Shown: positions 26,562 to 34,762 of the stretch, piece by piece
Position numbering within the stretch: the stretch's first letter is position 1
Layout of the letters: each line of letters starts with the position of its first letter
Origin: a virus
Taxonomy: Duplodnaviria; Caudoviricetes
Reading direction: 5' to 3' (one strand)
Virus record (IMG/VR): IMGVR_UViG_3300001866_000025
Location: 1-38,089 of that record
Length of the DNA: 38,089 nucleotides
Translations under genes and position numbers: made by a program
Notes under the pieces: model-generated
What the model was told of the DNA's origin: nothing
Databases searched by the model: none
Seen by the model: only the letters and a program-made list of their open reading frames with translations

Positions 26562-28115
26562 ATGGCTACTTTTGAAATACCTGATAAAGATTTAGAAACG
26601 ACTATCGACCGTTCGGCCGATTCGTTTCTCATCTATGATGACAGTGAATCAAAATTAGTTAGAACTAACGTAACTTCGGCACTTGGGATAACTGGCGATC
26701 CTGTCGGTACTTCTGACGCTCAAACTCTCACTAATAAAACTATCCCTGCTTATGAACCAGTAAAGGGTGCTGATGACAACTATGTAACTAATGCTGAGAA
26801 AATAGTTATAGGCAACACATCAGGGATAAACAGTGGTGATAACGCCGTAAACAGTAATTATAGCAGTCTAACCCAATACACCGATGAGATGGCTCAAGAC
26901 GCTGTTGGTGGGATGGTTGATACTACTCTTACTTACACAGACGGGACGCCTGAACTTAAAGTATCCAATCCTGTAACGCCTGTCGCCACTGGCTTTACGA
27001 TTACGGCTGGAACTACGCCTAAGACTCTGACAGTAGCATTAGACGCTTCGGTTGCTGGAACAAATACTGGTGACCAAGTTCTACCCACTAGGGATAGTCT
27101 TGGTTTAGATACTGATGATACGGTTACTTTCGCAAATCTCTCAGGCACTAATACAGGCGATCAAACACTGCCTACTGACGCTACTATAACAATCACTGAC
27201 GTGACTACAAACAATTCATCTACTTCAAAACACGGTTGGTTTCCAAAGTTACCAACTCCAGCAGGGCTTTTTCTAAAAGATGATATGACTTGGTCTGCAC
27301 CATCTGGTTCAGGTGATGTGGTAGGACCAGCAGGTGCAACCGCTAATAATGTAGTTTTATTTGATGGCATAACAGGTAAATTGATAAAAGACAGTGGTCT
27401 TGCATTGTCTGGTTCAAACACTGGTGACCAAACAGCGGGCGATTTCAAACTGGACGATTTGGCTGCACCTGATGACAACACCGACCTCAACGCTAACACA
27501 ACTAATCACGGGTTACTCTTAAAAGCTACTGCCCCTGCTGCTGGGCTTATGAACGTAGTGGGAATTGCCAATGGTGAGACTTCATACGCTAACAAAGCTT
27601 TATTCGACGCAAACAACCCAACGGCTTGTATTCTAGGGAATAGTGCGGCGGTTGGAACTGCTACTGTGGCGGCTCGTAGAGACCATCAACACGCTATGCC
27701 AACACTAACCACGATGTATAACTTATTCTACCCAGTGGGGTGTATTTATACGACAACTGTTTCAACTAACCCAGGAACTCTGTTCGGTATAGGCACTTGG
27801 GAAGCATTTGGCGAGGGCAAAGTGTTAGTTGGTAAAGCTAGTGCTGGGACGTTCAATACTGCTGGTGCAACTGGTGGTGTTGAAACAGTCACCTTAACTG
27901 CTGCTCAATCAGGCGTTCCAGCTCACGCTCACGAGGTAAGGTATGGTTCTGGTACTGGTGGAGCTGAACCAATGAAATTAGTTTATACCTATGCTACTCA
28001 ATATACTGGGTTAGCTACTGGACCAGTCCAAAACAGTGCTGCTGCTAATGCTGCCGAAGCCCACACTAACCTACAACCTTACATAGTAGTCTATATGTTC
28101 AAGCGAACTGCCTAG
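26562..28115 (+). CDS. tail fibre protein 2
   Basis: QTLTNKT, repeated G(T/S)NTGDQ, C-terminal YPVGCIY...GTWEAFGEGKVLVG...NLQPYIVVYMFKRTA. Confidence 0.85.
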   Translation: MATFEIPDKDLETTIDRSADSFLIYDDSESKLVRTNVTSALGITGDPVGTSDAQTLTNKTIPAYEPVKGADDNYVTNAEKIVIGNTSGINSGDNAVNSNYSSLTQYTDEMAQDAVGGMVDTTLTYTDGTPELKVSNPVTPVATGFTITAGTTPKTLTVALDASVAGTNTGDQVLPTRDSLGLDTDDTVTFANLSGTNTGDQTLPTDATITITDVTTNNSSTSKHGWFPKLPTPAGLFLKDDMTWSAPSGSGDVVGPAGATANNVVLFDGITGKLIKDSGLALSGSNTGDQTAGDFKLDDLAAPDDNTDLNANTTNHGLLLKATAPAAGLMNVVGIANGETSYANKALFDANNPTACILGNSAAVGTATVAARRDHQHAMPTLTTMYNLFYPVGCIYTTTVSTNPGTLFGIGTWEAFGEGKVLVGKASAGTFNTAGATGGVETVTLTAAQSGVPAHAHEVRYGSGTGGAEPMKLVYTYATQYTGLATGPVQNSAAANAAEAHTNLQPYIVVYMFKRTA

Positions 28116-28183
28116 TTGCCATAATCACTCAATATAATAAAGGAATAAAATGATAGAATATAAGGAAAAAAGGAAAGCATAGA

Positions 28184-28549
28184 ATGACTGAACCTGAAGT
28201 AATACTATCAATAATCGGAGTACTGGGTACGGCAGTCGGATTTCTAGGCTGGATTATTCGGGAACAATTTAATTTCAACAAGAGCAACATCAAAGAGAAC
28301 ACCAAAGTCATTTCTGAACTATCCGAGATACTGGAAAAAGTCCATAAATCTTTCGATGATGAAAGAGTTTGTCGCCAAGAGGACACCAAGCAAAAACAAG
28401 AGTTCCAGAACAGAGTTTGCAAAACCCTCGATAAAATATCCACTACTCAAGACGTCATAGCTGGTCGCCAACTGGAATACGGCGAGGATATTGTTTTAAC
28501 TAAAGATGTCGTAGTAACTACTATCGGCGGAAAAAGGAGTAATAAATGA
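28184..28549 (+). CDS. holin-like single-pass membrane protein
   Basis: N-terminal hydrophobic helix plus coiled coil, before the endolysin. Confidence 0.6.
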   Translation: MTEPEVILSIIGVLGTAVGFLGWIIREQFNFNKSNIKENTKVISELSEILEKVHKSFDDERVCRQEDTKQKQEFQNRVCKTLDKISTTQDVIAGRQLEYGEDIVLTKDVVVTTIGGKRSNK

Positions 28550-29292
28550 CTTGGATACAGAGCAGGGACGCTAACTGGCGAGTACCGTACACAGGCGGTT
28601 GGTGCCTTAAATACGTTCAGGACGCTTTTGGGACAGACCACCCTTATGCCAATGCTACGGTGGCTTGGAACGCCAACTACGGAGGCAAGAACCATACCGA
28701 CCTACCGCCTAAAGGAAAGACCGTTGCGGTTTATTTCTCACTCGGAAACGTACCCGAAGGACACGTCGCTATCTCATTAGATGACGGTATGGTGGCTTCA
28801 TCAACACAAGACGGAACGCACCCACAAGGATACCTGCACCCTAACCTGAACGACATCATCGCAGTCTACGGACAATATAACGGCGGTTGCAAATACCTCG
28901 GTTGGAGTGAGTATTGCGGTTCAGTCAAGACCCTTGTATGGGAGGAAATCACCTCTGAAACCAAAGTAACGCCTATCCTGCACGATACCATTAAACAGTC
29001 AGACCATAACTTAGAAGTCGGTAAAACCAACGTCATAGAGGGCAAAGACGGCAAGAGGACTATCACCTACACGATAACCAAGCACGACGGCGTGGAAGTC
29101 AAGCGTGTCGTGGCTTCGGACGTTACTGTACCTCCTGTCAGCACGATTATCAACGAGGGTTCAAAGCCTGTTATAGAACCACCTGTACCACCTACACCTC
29201 CTGTTGAAACACCAGAAACCACCACCTTATACGATTGGGTTACTAAAATTGTAACAATAATAATTAACTTCCTTAAAAGTTGGAGGAGATAA
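28546..29292 (+). CDS. endolysin: CHAP/NlpC-like peptidase plus G5 domain
   Basis: GWCLKYV (Cys), GHVAI (His), YLGWSE; GKDGKRTITY...DGVEVKR...PPVSTIINEG; Pro linker and amphipathic tail. Confidence 0.8.
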   Translation: MTWIQSRDANWRVPYTGGWCLKYVQDAFGTDHPYANATVAWNANYGGKNHTDLPPKGKTVAVYFSLGNVPEGHVAISLDDGMVASSTQDGTHPQGYLHPNLNDIIAVYGQYNGGCKYLGWSEYCGSVKTLVWEEITSETKVTPILHDTIKQSDHNLEVGKTNVIEGKDGKRTITYTITKHDGVEVKRVVASDVTVPPVSTIINEGSKPVIEPPVPPTPPVETPETTTLYDWVTKIVTIIINFLKSWRR

Positions 29293-29293
29293 T

Positions 29294-29506
29294 ATGTTTG
29301 ACAAATCAAAACCATCAATCAAAGCACTAAGGACTTTCTTACAAGCCGTAGTCGGTATAATCGCTTTCGTGTTAGGTTTACTGGCAATCCCTGGCGTATC
29401 GGAATATCTATCAAACAACCCAGCTCTGGCTAATGTGTCTCTAGCCACCTTAATCGCAGTCGTTACTTACTTGCAAAACGCTATTGAAGATTTTTTGAAA
29501 AGCTGA
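29294..29506 (+). CDS. holin (two TM segments)
   Basis: KALRTFLQA...IAVVTYLQN; GGAGG SD; follows the endolysin. Confidence 0.75.
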   Translation: MFDKSKPSIKALRTFLQAVVGIIAFVLGLLAIPGVSEYLSNNPALANVSLATLIAVVTYLQNAIEDFLKS

Positions 29507-29524
29507 CGATAAAAGCACATTAAC

Positions 29525-29968
29525 AATTCATATCTCAAATCCACCGCTCAAGTTTAGTTTAGAGGAGTTTAGTAATGAACAAATTAGTAGCGTTATACTG
29601 TACGCCAAAAGATGCAAAAGTAAATTATATAGTTGCCGAGGGCAATACAATGGATTTTGCTGCGCCGTTTGGGTATGTGGTAGAACACAATTGTGTAGAT
29701 GGAGAAATAGGTGGTTCGTATAAAAGTGGTTACCCGCTATTGCACGAATCTAATTTCAGAAATCTTGAAGGGAAGATGCTTACCATCTGCGACGCAACAT
29801 TTTCAGATAAAGAGCAAAGAGAAGCGTTCAAGCGAATAATCAAAAACGAACTAAGAAATTGGTTCTCGGACGAAATAGACAATGTTATAGGAATTAGCAA
29901 CGGACAATTTAAGTGCGTTGAACAATAAAATAATTTAATCACTTGGCGGTGGTTACGAGATATGAATT
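29525..29968. repeat. imperfect ~29-bp inverted repeat bracketing one gene
   Basis: aattcatatctc-aaat-ccaccgc-t-caagt (29525-29553) versus acttg-gcggtgg-ttac-gagatatgaatt (29941-29968). Confidence 0.85.
29575..29928 (+). CDS. hypothetical protein
   Basis: GAGGAG SD; LEGKMLTICDATFSDKEQREAFK. Confidence 0.75.
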   Translation: MNKLVALYCTPKDAKVNYIVAEGNTMDFAAPFGYVVEHNCVDGEIGGSYKSGYPLLHESNFRNLEGKMLTICDATFSDKEQREAFKRIIKNELRNWFSDEIDNVIGISNGQFKCVEQ

Positions 29969-29980
29969 AAGGAGTGAACT

Positions 29981-30256
29981 ATGGAAAGACAACCAAGCAC
30001 TATCAGTAGGGAAGTAATCGACCTGTCAGCCGAGCGTATGAACAGGGAAACCAGAGAGTCAATCGGCAGGATAGCCACCAGAGAAATTGTAGAGTTTGAC
30101 AGCGAAATCTACACCACCATAGAAGATGACTTGCAAGAGATGCCAGACAAGTACCTTTTAAGACTGCACGACAGCGTTTGCAACGAAGGACCAGAATACA
30201 ACTATGTCATCACCAGAGTAAAAAAAGAACTCGGCAGACGAGCATTGGAGTACTGA
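29981..30256 (+). CDS. hypothetical protein
   Basis: AAGGAG SD. Confidence 0.75.
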   Translation: MERQPSTISREVIDLSAERMNRETRESIGRIATREIVEFDSEIYTTIEDDLQEMPDKYLLRLHDSVCNEGPEYNYVITRVKKELGRRALEY

Positions 30257-30257
30257 T

Positions 30258-30494
30258 ATGGAAGAAATGGACGATTATACCAATAACTTCACCTCGACCC
30301 AGGTTTGGAATAATGGCGTGGTGGTATCTGCTGAAATGGATACTAGCGGTGATGAACGTCTAGTAATTTTGAGGGTACAGGGCGAAAACGAAAATATGCT
30401 CTGTGACATTGAAATGGGCGAATTAGAGGCGTTGTCGATTATATCGGTATTATCATCAGCCCTGACGTCAGTTGATGCGGAAATAAGAAACTGA
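30258..30494 (+). CDS. hypothetical acidic protein
   Basis: GGAG SD, 1-nt spacing from the upstream gene. Confidence 0.7.
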   Translation: MEEMDDYTNNFTSTQVWNNGVVVSAEMDTSGDERLVILRVQGENENMLCDIEMGELEALSIISVLSSALTSVDAEIRN

Positions 30495-30495
30495 T

Positions 30496-30663
30496 ATGTC
30501 CGAGTACATTCACAATCTATTAAACGGGATTGAGAATGAACAGAATGTCATAGACCACGATATTGAGGTTGCTGAGGATGATTGGACGGACCTACCAACT
30601 AAGATAGGCTATCTGGTTTTAGAAATGTTAGATATTTACATGGAGGAAAAAGAGGGCTACTAA
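30496..30663 (+). CDS. hypothetical acidic protein (55 aa), not in the ORF track
   Basis: ATG 1 nt after the upstream stop; ends at the terminator. Confidence 0.6.
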   Translation: MSEYIHNLLNGIENEQNVIDHDIEVAEDDWTDLPTKIGYLVLEMLDIYMEEKEGY

Positions 30664-30678
30664 TCAAAGTAGCCCTTA
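30647..30678. terminator. terminator between convergent transcription units
   Basis: agggctac-taatcaaa-gtagccct with U tract on the minus strand. Confidence 0.7.
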
Positions 30679-30682
30679 GCAC

Positions 30683-30943
30683 TTATCCCCAATTAGGGTC
30701 TGGTTCGATTCCCAGAAGCTTCAATTGGTTCATGTGGCGTAGGTATTCGGCAGCTTCCTCAAGTGTTCTGTTCCCGAATAAGAAATGGAACGCTCGATGC
30801 TTGTTGATATCCCAATGGACGATATTCATTGGTGCAAATGTCCCATGTCTACTTTTCGGAATTACATGGTGGCGATTAGTCTTACCGGCTAACTTCCACT
30901 CACCATTGGAAAACTTCATCTTATTACGCTTCTTCTTGCCCAA
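30683..30943 (-). CDS. small HNH-like protein
   Basis: NRHHVIPKSRHG...NIV...HRAFHFLFGN; AGGAGG SD before TTG. Confidence 0.7.
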   Translation of the reverse strand: MGKKKRNKMKFSNGEWKLAGKTNRHHVIPKSRHGTFAPMNIVHWDINKHRAFHFLFGNRTLEEAAEYLRHMNQLKLLGIEPDPNWG

Positions 30944-31129
30944 CCTGACCGCCTCCTTTTTAATGTGCTAAGTAAATGGTACGCCTTTTTTGTGATATTA
31001 TAAATACGTTTCCCAATCGTGCCTTATTTCCATTAGGCAGGAACGGTAGATAGCAACGGCCAAATAATAAATATTTCCATATATTTTGTGTAAGGCCATT
31101 TAAAGTACGTACAATGCGTACTTTTTGCT

Positions 31130-31408
31130 TTATGACACGTTATACGTTTTTCCTATTAACTCGTCGCAGAACGGCTTAGAAATTGCCATAGGCCTATATT
31201 TAATATCCAACATAGCATTGACTTGTTTTGCGTAATCATTCCATTTCTGACGGTCTTTATAAAAATCTCTCTTATTCTCTGAGAATAATTTATTCCTAGT
31301 CGGTCGGACAAAACACTGTTCACAAAAATGGTTGCCATTATCACCATAGACTACATCTGAATAAGGTATTTGTTTCTTGCAACAGTCACAGTAGATTTTG
31401 TCTTTCAT
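31130..31408 (-). CDS. zinc-finger hypothetical protein
   Basis: CDCC...CEQC; TATAAT 7 nt before the ATG. Confidence 0.65.
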   Translation of the reverse strand: MKDKIYCDCCKKQIPYSDVVYGDNGNHFCEQCFVRPTRNKLFSENKRDFYKDRQKWNDYAKQVNAMLDIKYRPMAISKPFCDELIGKTYNVS

Positions 31409-31416
31409 AGTGATTA

Positions 31417-31629
31417 TTATAACGCTATTAGTTCAATTCCATCTGGATAAATCTCAATTAAACCTCTACGTGATAATTGTTCTACTGCGTTATATGCTTC
31501 TTCATTGCCGAACATATTACCGAGCGTTTTTAATGTGATAATATCCGTCGCTTTAGCATTCCCTAAAAGTTCCAGTATGTCGGTTGCTCTTCCGGTTAGA
31601 CCTTTGACTTTAGTCTTATAAGTTTTCAT
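31417..31629 (-). CDS. small protein, possibly winged-helix (start revised from 31662)
   Basis: ATG 1 nt after the upstream stop; AYNAVEQLSRRGLIEI. Confidence 0.6.
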   Translation of the reverse strand: MKTYKTKVKGLTGRATDILELLGNAKATDIITLKTLGNMFGNEEAYNAVEQLSRRGLIEIYPDGIELIAL

Positions 31630-31630
31630 T

Positions 31631-31852
31631 TCATTCAGTCTTCGATAAATCAGGCATACCAAGTTCGTCTGGTGTTTTATATTTCGTCTTTATTGTTTCA
31701 GGCTTAATACTGGCAATATTTGACGGATTGATATAGTGGGTTTTACCATTTACTTCTACTGCGATCAACCCTGAAATATTGGCTATTTTATCGGCGGCAC
31801 TTTCGTCTATTGATATTTTGTTACCTTGATAATCGGTTAGTTCGTAAGTCAT
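31631..31852 (-). CDS. hypothetical protein
   Basis: GAGGAG SD and ATGA overlap. Confidence 0.7.
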   Translation of the reverse strand: MTYELTDYQGNKISIDESAADKIANISGLIAVEVNGKTHYINPSNIASIKPETIKTKYKTPDELGMPDLSKTE

Positions 31853-32244
31853 ATTTCTCCTCGCTTTCTCATTCTTTTACATTCTCGACATTGTCTCATA
31901 TTCCTGTAAAGGTATATATTTTCTGGTAATAATTCATGACCACGCTTACAATGAGTTTTTAATAAATTATTAGGAGCTAAACCATTTCCTCTCATAACAT
32001 TTTCTCCCCTTGTTATTACCTCCATGTGATTAGGATTTACACAAAACCTATTACGGCATAAATGGTCTATCACCATTTTATCTGGTATTTTTCCAAATGA
32101 TATTTCGTAAGCGACTCTATGTGCATAGTTCAATCTATCCCCCCACTTCACTTGTCCGTACCCATTACGGGTAATATAATTTAGCCATATCCAACACTCA
32201 CCTGTTCTATCTACCTTTGACCAAAACTTTTCTATATTATTCAT
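31849..32244 (-). CDS. HNH homing endonuclease
   Basis: FWSKVD...CWIW...GYG...AHRVAY...IDHLCRNRFCVNPNH...KTHCKRGH. Confidence 0.92.
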   Translation of the reverse strand: MNNIEKFWSKVDRTGECWIWLNYITRNGYGQVKWGDRLNYAHRVAYEISFGKIPDKMVIDHLCRNRFCVNPNHMEVITRGENVMRGNGLAPNNLLKTHCKRGHELLPENIYLYRNMRQCRECKRMRKRGEI

Positions 32245-32277
32245 AATATCTATTATACAGACTTATAACCCCCTTGT

Positions 32278-32997
32278 CTATATTTTTATAACTCCTTTAA
32301 CTTTAATTGATGATTGACGTTTACCCCACGCTAGTAACTCGCTTAATTTTGATTGTAAGGATACAAAGTCAGATACTCTAGGTGCAAAGTTATCCGATTG
32401 CGAAAGAGCAACACCCCTTAATAATTGCATTAGTTTATCTTTACCGTGTTTTTTAAGTAAGTTATTACAAGCATACCTATTTTTTTGGATATTACTTTGT
32501 ATTTCATATCCAACTACCTCATTCCATTCAAGGAATAAATCATTTATTTCTTTTTTACTATTATCTTTATTTACATCTATATTTATATTATTATCTTTAT
32601 CTTTATTATTATGAATAGTATTATTATTGTATTCTACTATTAAACTACTATTAAAATAATCAAGTGTTTCTTTTGGGACTTCTTCATATTCACGAGTCAA
32701 TGCTTGTTCTGTAAATCTACCCTTTTTAGGTAAAACATAAGCCGAACCTATTAGTTTAATATAACTTTTATCAAAAGATACTAAACCTTTTTCCGCTAAT
32801 TGTTTTTTACATATTTCAAGTTGATCGCTTGATAATCCACTACGAGCCGATAATATACGGTTACTGACTTTATAAATGTCCGATACACCTCGTTCCGGTG
32901 CTGACATAAGTAAAAGATATAGTAATTTGGTGTCGATATTGAGTTCAAAGAAATCGTCATCGTCCCATAAATTTGTTTTTAGGATAGCTGTTTTCAT
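32278..32997 (-). CDS. replication initiator (lambda O/DnaD-like, probable)
   Basis: LWDDDDFFEL...KLLYLLLM N-terminal HTH-like domain, low-complexity NNKDKDNN linker, helical C-domain. Confidence 0.7.
   Translation of the reverse strand: MKTAILKTNLWDDDDFFELNIDTKLLYLLLMSAPERGVSDIYKVSNRILSARSGLSSDQLEICKKQLAEKGLVSFDKSYIKLIGSAYVLPKKGRFTEQALTREYEEVPKETLDYFNSSLIVEYNNNTIHNNKDKDNNINIDVNKDNSKKEINDLFLEWNEVVGYEIQSNIQKNRYACNNLLKKHGKDKLMQLLRGVALSQSDNFAPRVSDFVSLQSKLSELLAWGKRQSSIKVKGVIKI
32545..32660. other. candidate replication origin inside the initiator gene
   Basis: very AT-rich with repeated TATTATCTTTAT/TCTTTAT units in the linker-coding region, as in lambdoid origins. Confidence 0.45.
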
Positions 32998-33160
32998 AAA
33001 AAAGATGCTCGCTTTCTTTCGATTGCGAGCGTACTTCCATAACTGATTTAATTATACCAGACTGTCAATAAACTAGCAATACTTAAATTGTTAATAGTAT
33101 TGCTAACAGTTATGGAAGCGATACTTGCTAAGATTATATACCTAATCATAGTATGTTTCA
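32998..33160 (-). promoter_or_regulatory. structured leader and tandem promoters of the replication operon
   Basis: minus-strand TTGAAA-17-TATAAT and TGGTATAAT; nested inverted repeats; gctcgc/gcgagc hairpin plus T6 abutting the ATG. Confidence 0.6.
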
Positions 33161-33195
33161 ATAGCCATAATCACGTTGTGGATTTCCTGTGCATA

Positions 33196-33238
33196 AAATA
33201 AACACCGGCCAAGTTTGAGGGTAACTTATAGGCCGGTG
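33196..33238 (-). terminator. GC-rich hairpin, probable minus-strand terminator
   Basis: caccggcc...ggccggtg followed by tttattt on the minus strand. Confidence 0.6.
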
Positions 33239-33368
33239 CTTGGGTATAATTTTGTTGTCAAATCATTACCACATTTTGTAAGGATCATATCATTTCATTT
33301 ATTAGTTCATACCTAATCGAGTTTGATAATATTTTGATTTAAGCATAAGTATCTAGCAAATGCAATAT

Positions 33369-33442
33369 AAAACAGACCTGCTCCATAGAAAGGATTGACG
33401 TGGTAAGGGTGGGCTTCACCAAGACAATTAACAGGCCTGTTT
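33369..33442 (-). ncRNA. candidate trans-acting antisense sRNA
   Basis: own promoter TTGGAT-17-TATAAT; closing stem AACAGGCCUG/CAGGUCUGUU; loop CGUCAAUCCUUUCUAUGGA complementary to three early leaders. Confidence 0.65.
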
Positions 33443-33447
33443 GTTCT

Positions 33448-33488
33448 ATTATATTATAGTTGCAATTTATATCCAAAATTGATACAAT
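33448..33488. promoter_or_regulatory. overlapping divergent promoters (sRNA leftward, recombinase operon rightward)
   Basis: minus: TTGGAT (33476-33471)-17-TATAAT (33453-33448); plus: TTGCAA (33460-33465)-17-TACAAT (33483-33488) with extended TG. Confidence 0.7.
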
Positions 33489-33520
33489 TAAGACATAATA
33501 ATCACATAGAAAGGATTAAA

Positions 33521-34135
33521 ATGGTACAAAAAAGTAAAGAAATAGAAAAATTAAAGTTGCAACTTGACATTAAGCAAGTTACTAGAACAACCTCACTTTT
33601 GAATGAAAACCAGATTCAAAAGATTTGGAACTCAACGCCGGAACGATATAAATATTCACGCCCTGCAAAAGGTGGCGGCAACTGGACTTATATTAAGAGT
33701 TCATATGTTCGTAAAGTCCTAGATTCAGTCTTTGGCTTTAACTGGTCATTTGAAATTGAGACCTCATTAAAAGAGGCATTTGAAGTTGCTTCAATAACTG
33801 GCACTTGTGTAGTTAAAGGCGTATTGACTTGCCGAGTAAAATCTGATGGACAATGGGTTGACCTCAAGAAAGTTCAATTTGGCCGTTCAGATGTCAAAAT
33901 GAAACGAGACAAACCAGATATGCCACTAGATTTTGGTAACGATATGAAAGCAGCAACATCAGACGCACTTAAAAAATGTGCAAGTTTATTTGGGATCGGA
34001 GCAGATGTATATGAGCAAGGCGAATTCCAAGAAATTGAACTAATCGGCTCACAAGAAAACTCTGATCGGGCAAAACTAACAGCTGATAGAGTTAAAAAAC
34101 TAAGTAAAGAATTGAAAGTTGAGGAAGTAAAATGA
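33521..34135 (+). CDS. Rad52/Sak-like single-strand annealing recombinase (start revised from 33479)
   Basis: RPAKGGGNWTYI...LDSVFGFNWSFEI...GNDMKAATSDALKKCASLFGIG; GAAAGGA SD. Confidence 0.88.
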   Translation: MVQKSKEIEKLKLQLDIKQVTRTTSLLNENQIQKIWNSTPERYKYSRPAKGGGNWTYIKSSYVRKVLDSVFGFNWSFEIETSLKEAFEVASITGTCVVKGVLTCRVKSDGQWVDLKKVQFGRSDVKMKRDKPDMPLDFGNDMKAATSDALKKCASLFGIGADVYEQGEFQEIELIGSQENSDRAKLTADRVKKLSKELKVEEVK

Positions 34136-34338
34136 TGAAAGATAGACCTGAGTTGAGAATTGAATATAAGGTCGATGGGAAAGACTTTTCATATACACGT
34201 ATATATTTTGACTTTCAAGATGATGATTGGGCTGATGAATTGGTCGAGATATTGAGTGACATTGCAAAAGCGTACAAAACCGCTAAGATATGGCACTTAG
34301 AACAAGAGGAAAAGGAATTTTTAGATGATAACGCTTAA
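34132..34338 (+). CDS. hypothetical protein
   Basis: GAGG SD and ATGA overlap. Confidence 0.7.
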   Translation: MMKDRPELRIEYKVDGKDFSYTRIYFDFQDDDWADELVEILSDIAKAYKTAKIWHLEQEEKEFLDDNA

Positions 34339-34762
34339 TTACGAAATAAACGAAGAAGAACTAGCCAAATCAATCAACGAGGCTATAAAGTTAGATGACA
34401 ACGAGGAAATGTTTAATCAATTATGTACTGTCAAACGTGCCAAACTTGAACTTGAAGACGCATTAGAAAAGCTTGACGGAATCGAAGTCATCGCCAAAGG
34501 ATTGATAAACTCCAAAGCTAAACAACTGTACGGTACGGATTGGCAAACTATTGCAAGTAAAAATTATAAAATTACACGAAGCAAGACCGGGAACGTCTAT
34601 ATCCGCAACCCTGAAATATCTGTGAATAAAAAGTTCTTAAAAATAGTCGAGTCGCTGGACACTAAGGCGATTGACGCTGAGCTTGAAAAAAGCCAGAAAC
34701 TTCCGAAAGGCGTAGAGGTCAATCTTAATAGGGGCGATTCTATTCGCATTACTCTAAAATGA
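34325..34762 (+). CDS. hypothetical protein, possibly Gp157/Gam-like
   Basis: coiled coil then LDTKAI...LPKGVE...SIRI; next to the recombinase. Confidence 0.55.
   Translation: MITLNYEINEEELAKSINEAIKLDDNEEMFNQLCTVKRAKLELEDALEKLDGIEVIAKGLINSKAKQLYGTDWQTIASKNYKITRSKTGNVYIRNPEISVNKKFLKIVESLDTKAIDAELEKSQKLPKGVEVNLNRGDSIRITLK

Noticed and set aside
26562-28115. Diversity-generating retroelement target in the fibre
   Set aside because: No reverse transcriptase and no template/variable repeat pair noticed; the internal repeats are ordinary GTNTGDQ shaft units.
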